Source: Lama glama (taxonomy: Eukaryota). From it: DNA of 64,000 nt. Of this stretch, positions 62,500-64,000 are shown one piece after another. A program made the position numbers and the translations under genes. The stretch covers positions 88,724,001-88,788,000 of the forward strand of contig CM052816.1 in NCBI GenBank assembly GCA_028534125.1. Direction: 5' to 3'. The first letter of the stretch is position 1. Every line of letters begins with the position of its first letter. The notes below the pieces were generated by a model that saw only the letters and a list, made by a program, of their open reading frames with translations, was not told the DNA's origin and ran no database searches.

Positions 62500-64000
62500 G
62501 TAAGAATATTACGTTTCTTCATCTCTGGATTTCTTTTCAGTCAGGCACAGCCAAATACAGCCTAGCTTTGCGTGCTTTAAAACCTGAGTTTGCAGTGATG
62601 CCTTAAAGTAATACAATGCACAGGCACATCAATTTAGAAATGTGGTAATGCATATTTATGTGAGTGTATTTGCTGTTTTATCTTCAGGTACATGTAAGTT
62701 TTTTGTTCGTTTGTTCTGTAAGGGAACTAGGCTGTAAATTTATGAGCAGCTAATCTGTATGAAGAAGAGAATTCAGCAAAGTCCACACTACAATGAGCAT
62801 TTTTACTAATAACCTTAAAACATGTTCATATATGTGGTTCTTAGCTGTTAAACAACTTTGAAAAATAATAGCAAAGCATGAAAGGACCCTTACTGCATTA
62901 AATGTCTACTATTAGATTTCATGCAGACACCGAAGCTACTATGTGCTTTTTCAGTGATTGTCAGTGGTAAGTTATTTTTTCTAAATCTGTCTTTTGATTG
63001 CAGACTTAACTCTTCAACATAAACACGATGTGTCTTAAATGAAGTGACAATAGACTGCCATCTCATTATGGCTAACTTACTGATAGCTAGATTTTGGTCT
63101 TAAGAAAGTACTGAGCTAAGGTGAAGAAATATGACTCTGGAGATGTTTAGCTGAAGCTGCAGTTCCATCAATTAATGATTGAAGTGTCAGTGATAGTACA
63201 TGCTGGTAAATGTCTCCGGATATATAGGAACATTGCACTTATCAAATTCTCTACCGGGAACAGGGATTTTTTTTTTTTATGTTTCTGAGGAAAGGGACAG
63301 GATGGAATAGGAATAATGGGTTGAGGCATTGCAGTATTGATGTAGTTGGTTACTCTTAGGCGTATAGGTCACAAAATGTCAACCGCTAAAGAGACAGCAC
63401 TGTGATATCAGACAAAAAGAAGGATTTATTTCATCTTTGCTAGAAGTGAAATGATTTGTGAGATTTTTTGATGGCAATTTATTTGCTTTCGGATCAATGA
63501 AGAGGGATATTTTACTCCAAGAGATACCTCTGATTGCCTTTGAAGTGAAGTTCCCTGAGTCACTCCTCCTCGAATCAAAACCAAGCTTCCATCTGTGATA
63601 AGTGCACAAAACTTTTTAATATGTTGTACAATGTTTCAAAAGAGAACACGATTGCCAACACTCTTGGGAGCCAATGTAACTGAAGTTTGGCATATTACAT
63701 ACTCTGAATGGCTGTGTTTGTGTGTGTTTCACCCTTGCTATATTTTAAACATAACTGCATATTTGAAGAATACAGCTTTTCATGGTATCTATTTTGTCTT
63801 CCAAATGTGAAATAGCATTTTCATGTTTTGTAGTAGCATAACTATTACAGCTATCTAAATATTTCTAATAACCGTATCAGAAGGGGATGATGGGACCACT
63901 ATTATACCTTTTTTAAACTGCAGTCTGACTAAAAGAATAAAAATGTGTATTAGAGAATATCGAATTTTTTAATCTATGAACTGAGTTGTTTGAAAAAAAA

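Noticed and set aside
1..64000. A novel multi-gene or prokaryote-type system (CRISPR array, operon, defence island)
   Set aside because: The sequence is mammalian intergenic DNA. There are no regularly spaced repeat-spacer units and no long N-free ORF (the longest, 111 aa, is an L1 remnant).

Overview
AT-rich mammalian intergenic DNA, most likely from a camelid (camel, alpaca or llama). The main evidence is a tRNA-Ala-derived SINE of Vic-1 type at ~36.05-36.17 kb. I can support no protein-coding exon: the ORF track consists of chance ORFs, decayed L1 ORF2 fragments, an antisense SINE ORF and ORFs that run through two 500-N scaffold gaps. Much of the window is interspersed repeat: MIR, L2, old L1M fragments, MaLR (MLT1), ERV1/ERVL solo LTRs, MER5/MER6/MER58 DNA transposons and a few young L1-mediated insertions with intact target-site duplications (TSDs). 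The one clear gene-related element is a + strand Pol II promoter at ~62.1 kb. It has an inverted CCAAT box, a TATA-like element and a small CpG-rich patch, and is followed by a probable non-coding first exon containing a 9-codon uORF and ending at a strong CAG|GTAAGA donor (62499/62500). I could not name the gene. The most unusual structures are retrotransposition footprints: a solitary poly(A) insertion with a perfect 15-17 bp TSD, a probable twin-primed inverted L1 nested in a MER31-like LTR, and a sense-oriented LTR ~0.8 kb upstream of the promoter. I found no evidence of a new multi-gene system. Repeat family names come from recalled consensus sequences, not from a database search, and boundaries of old repeats are approximate.
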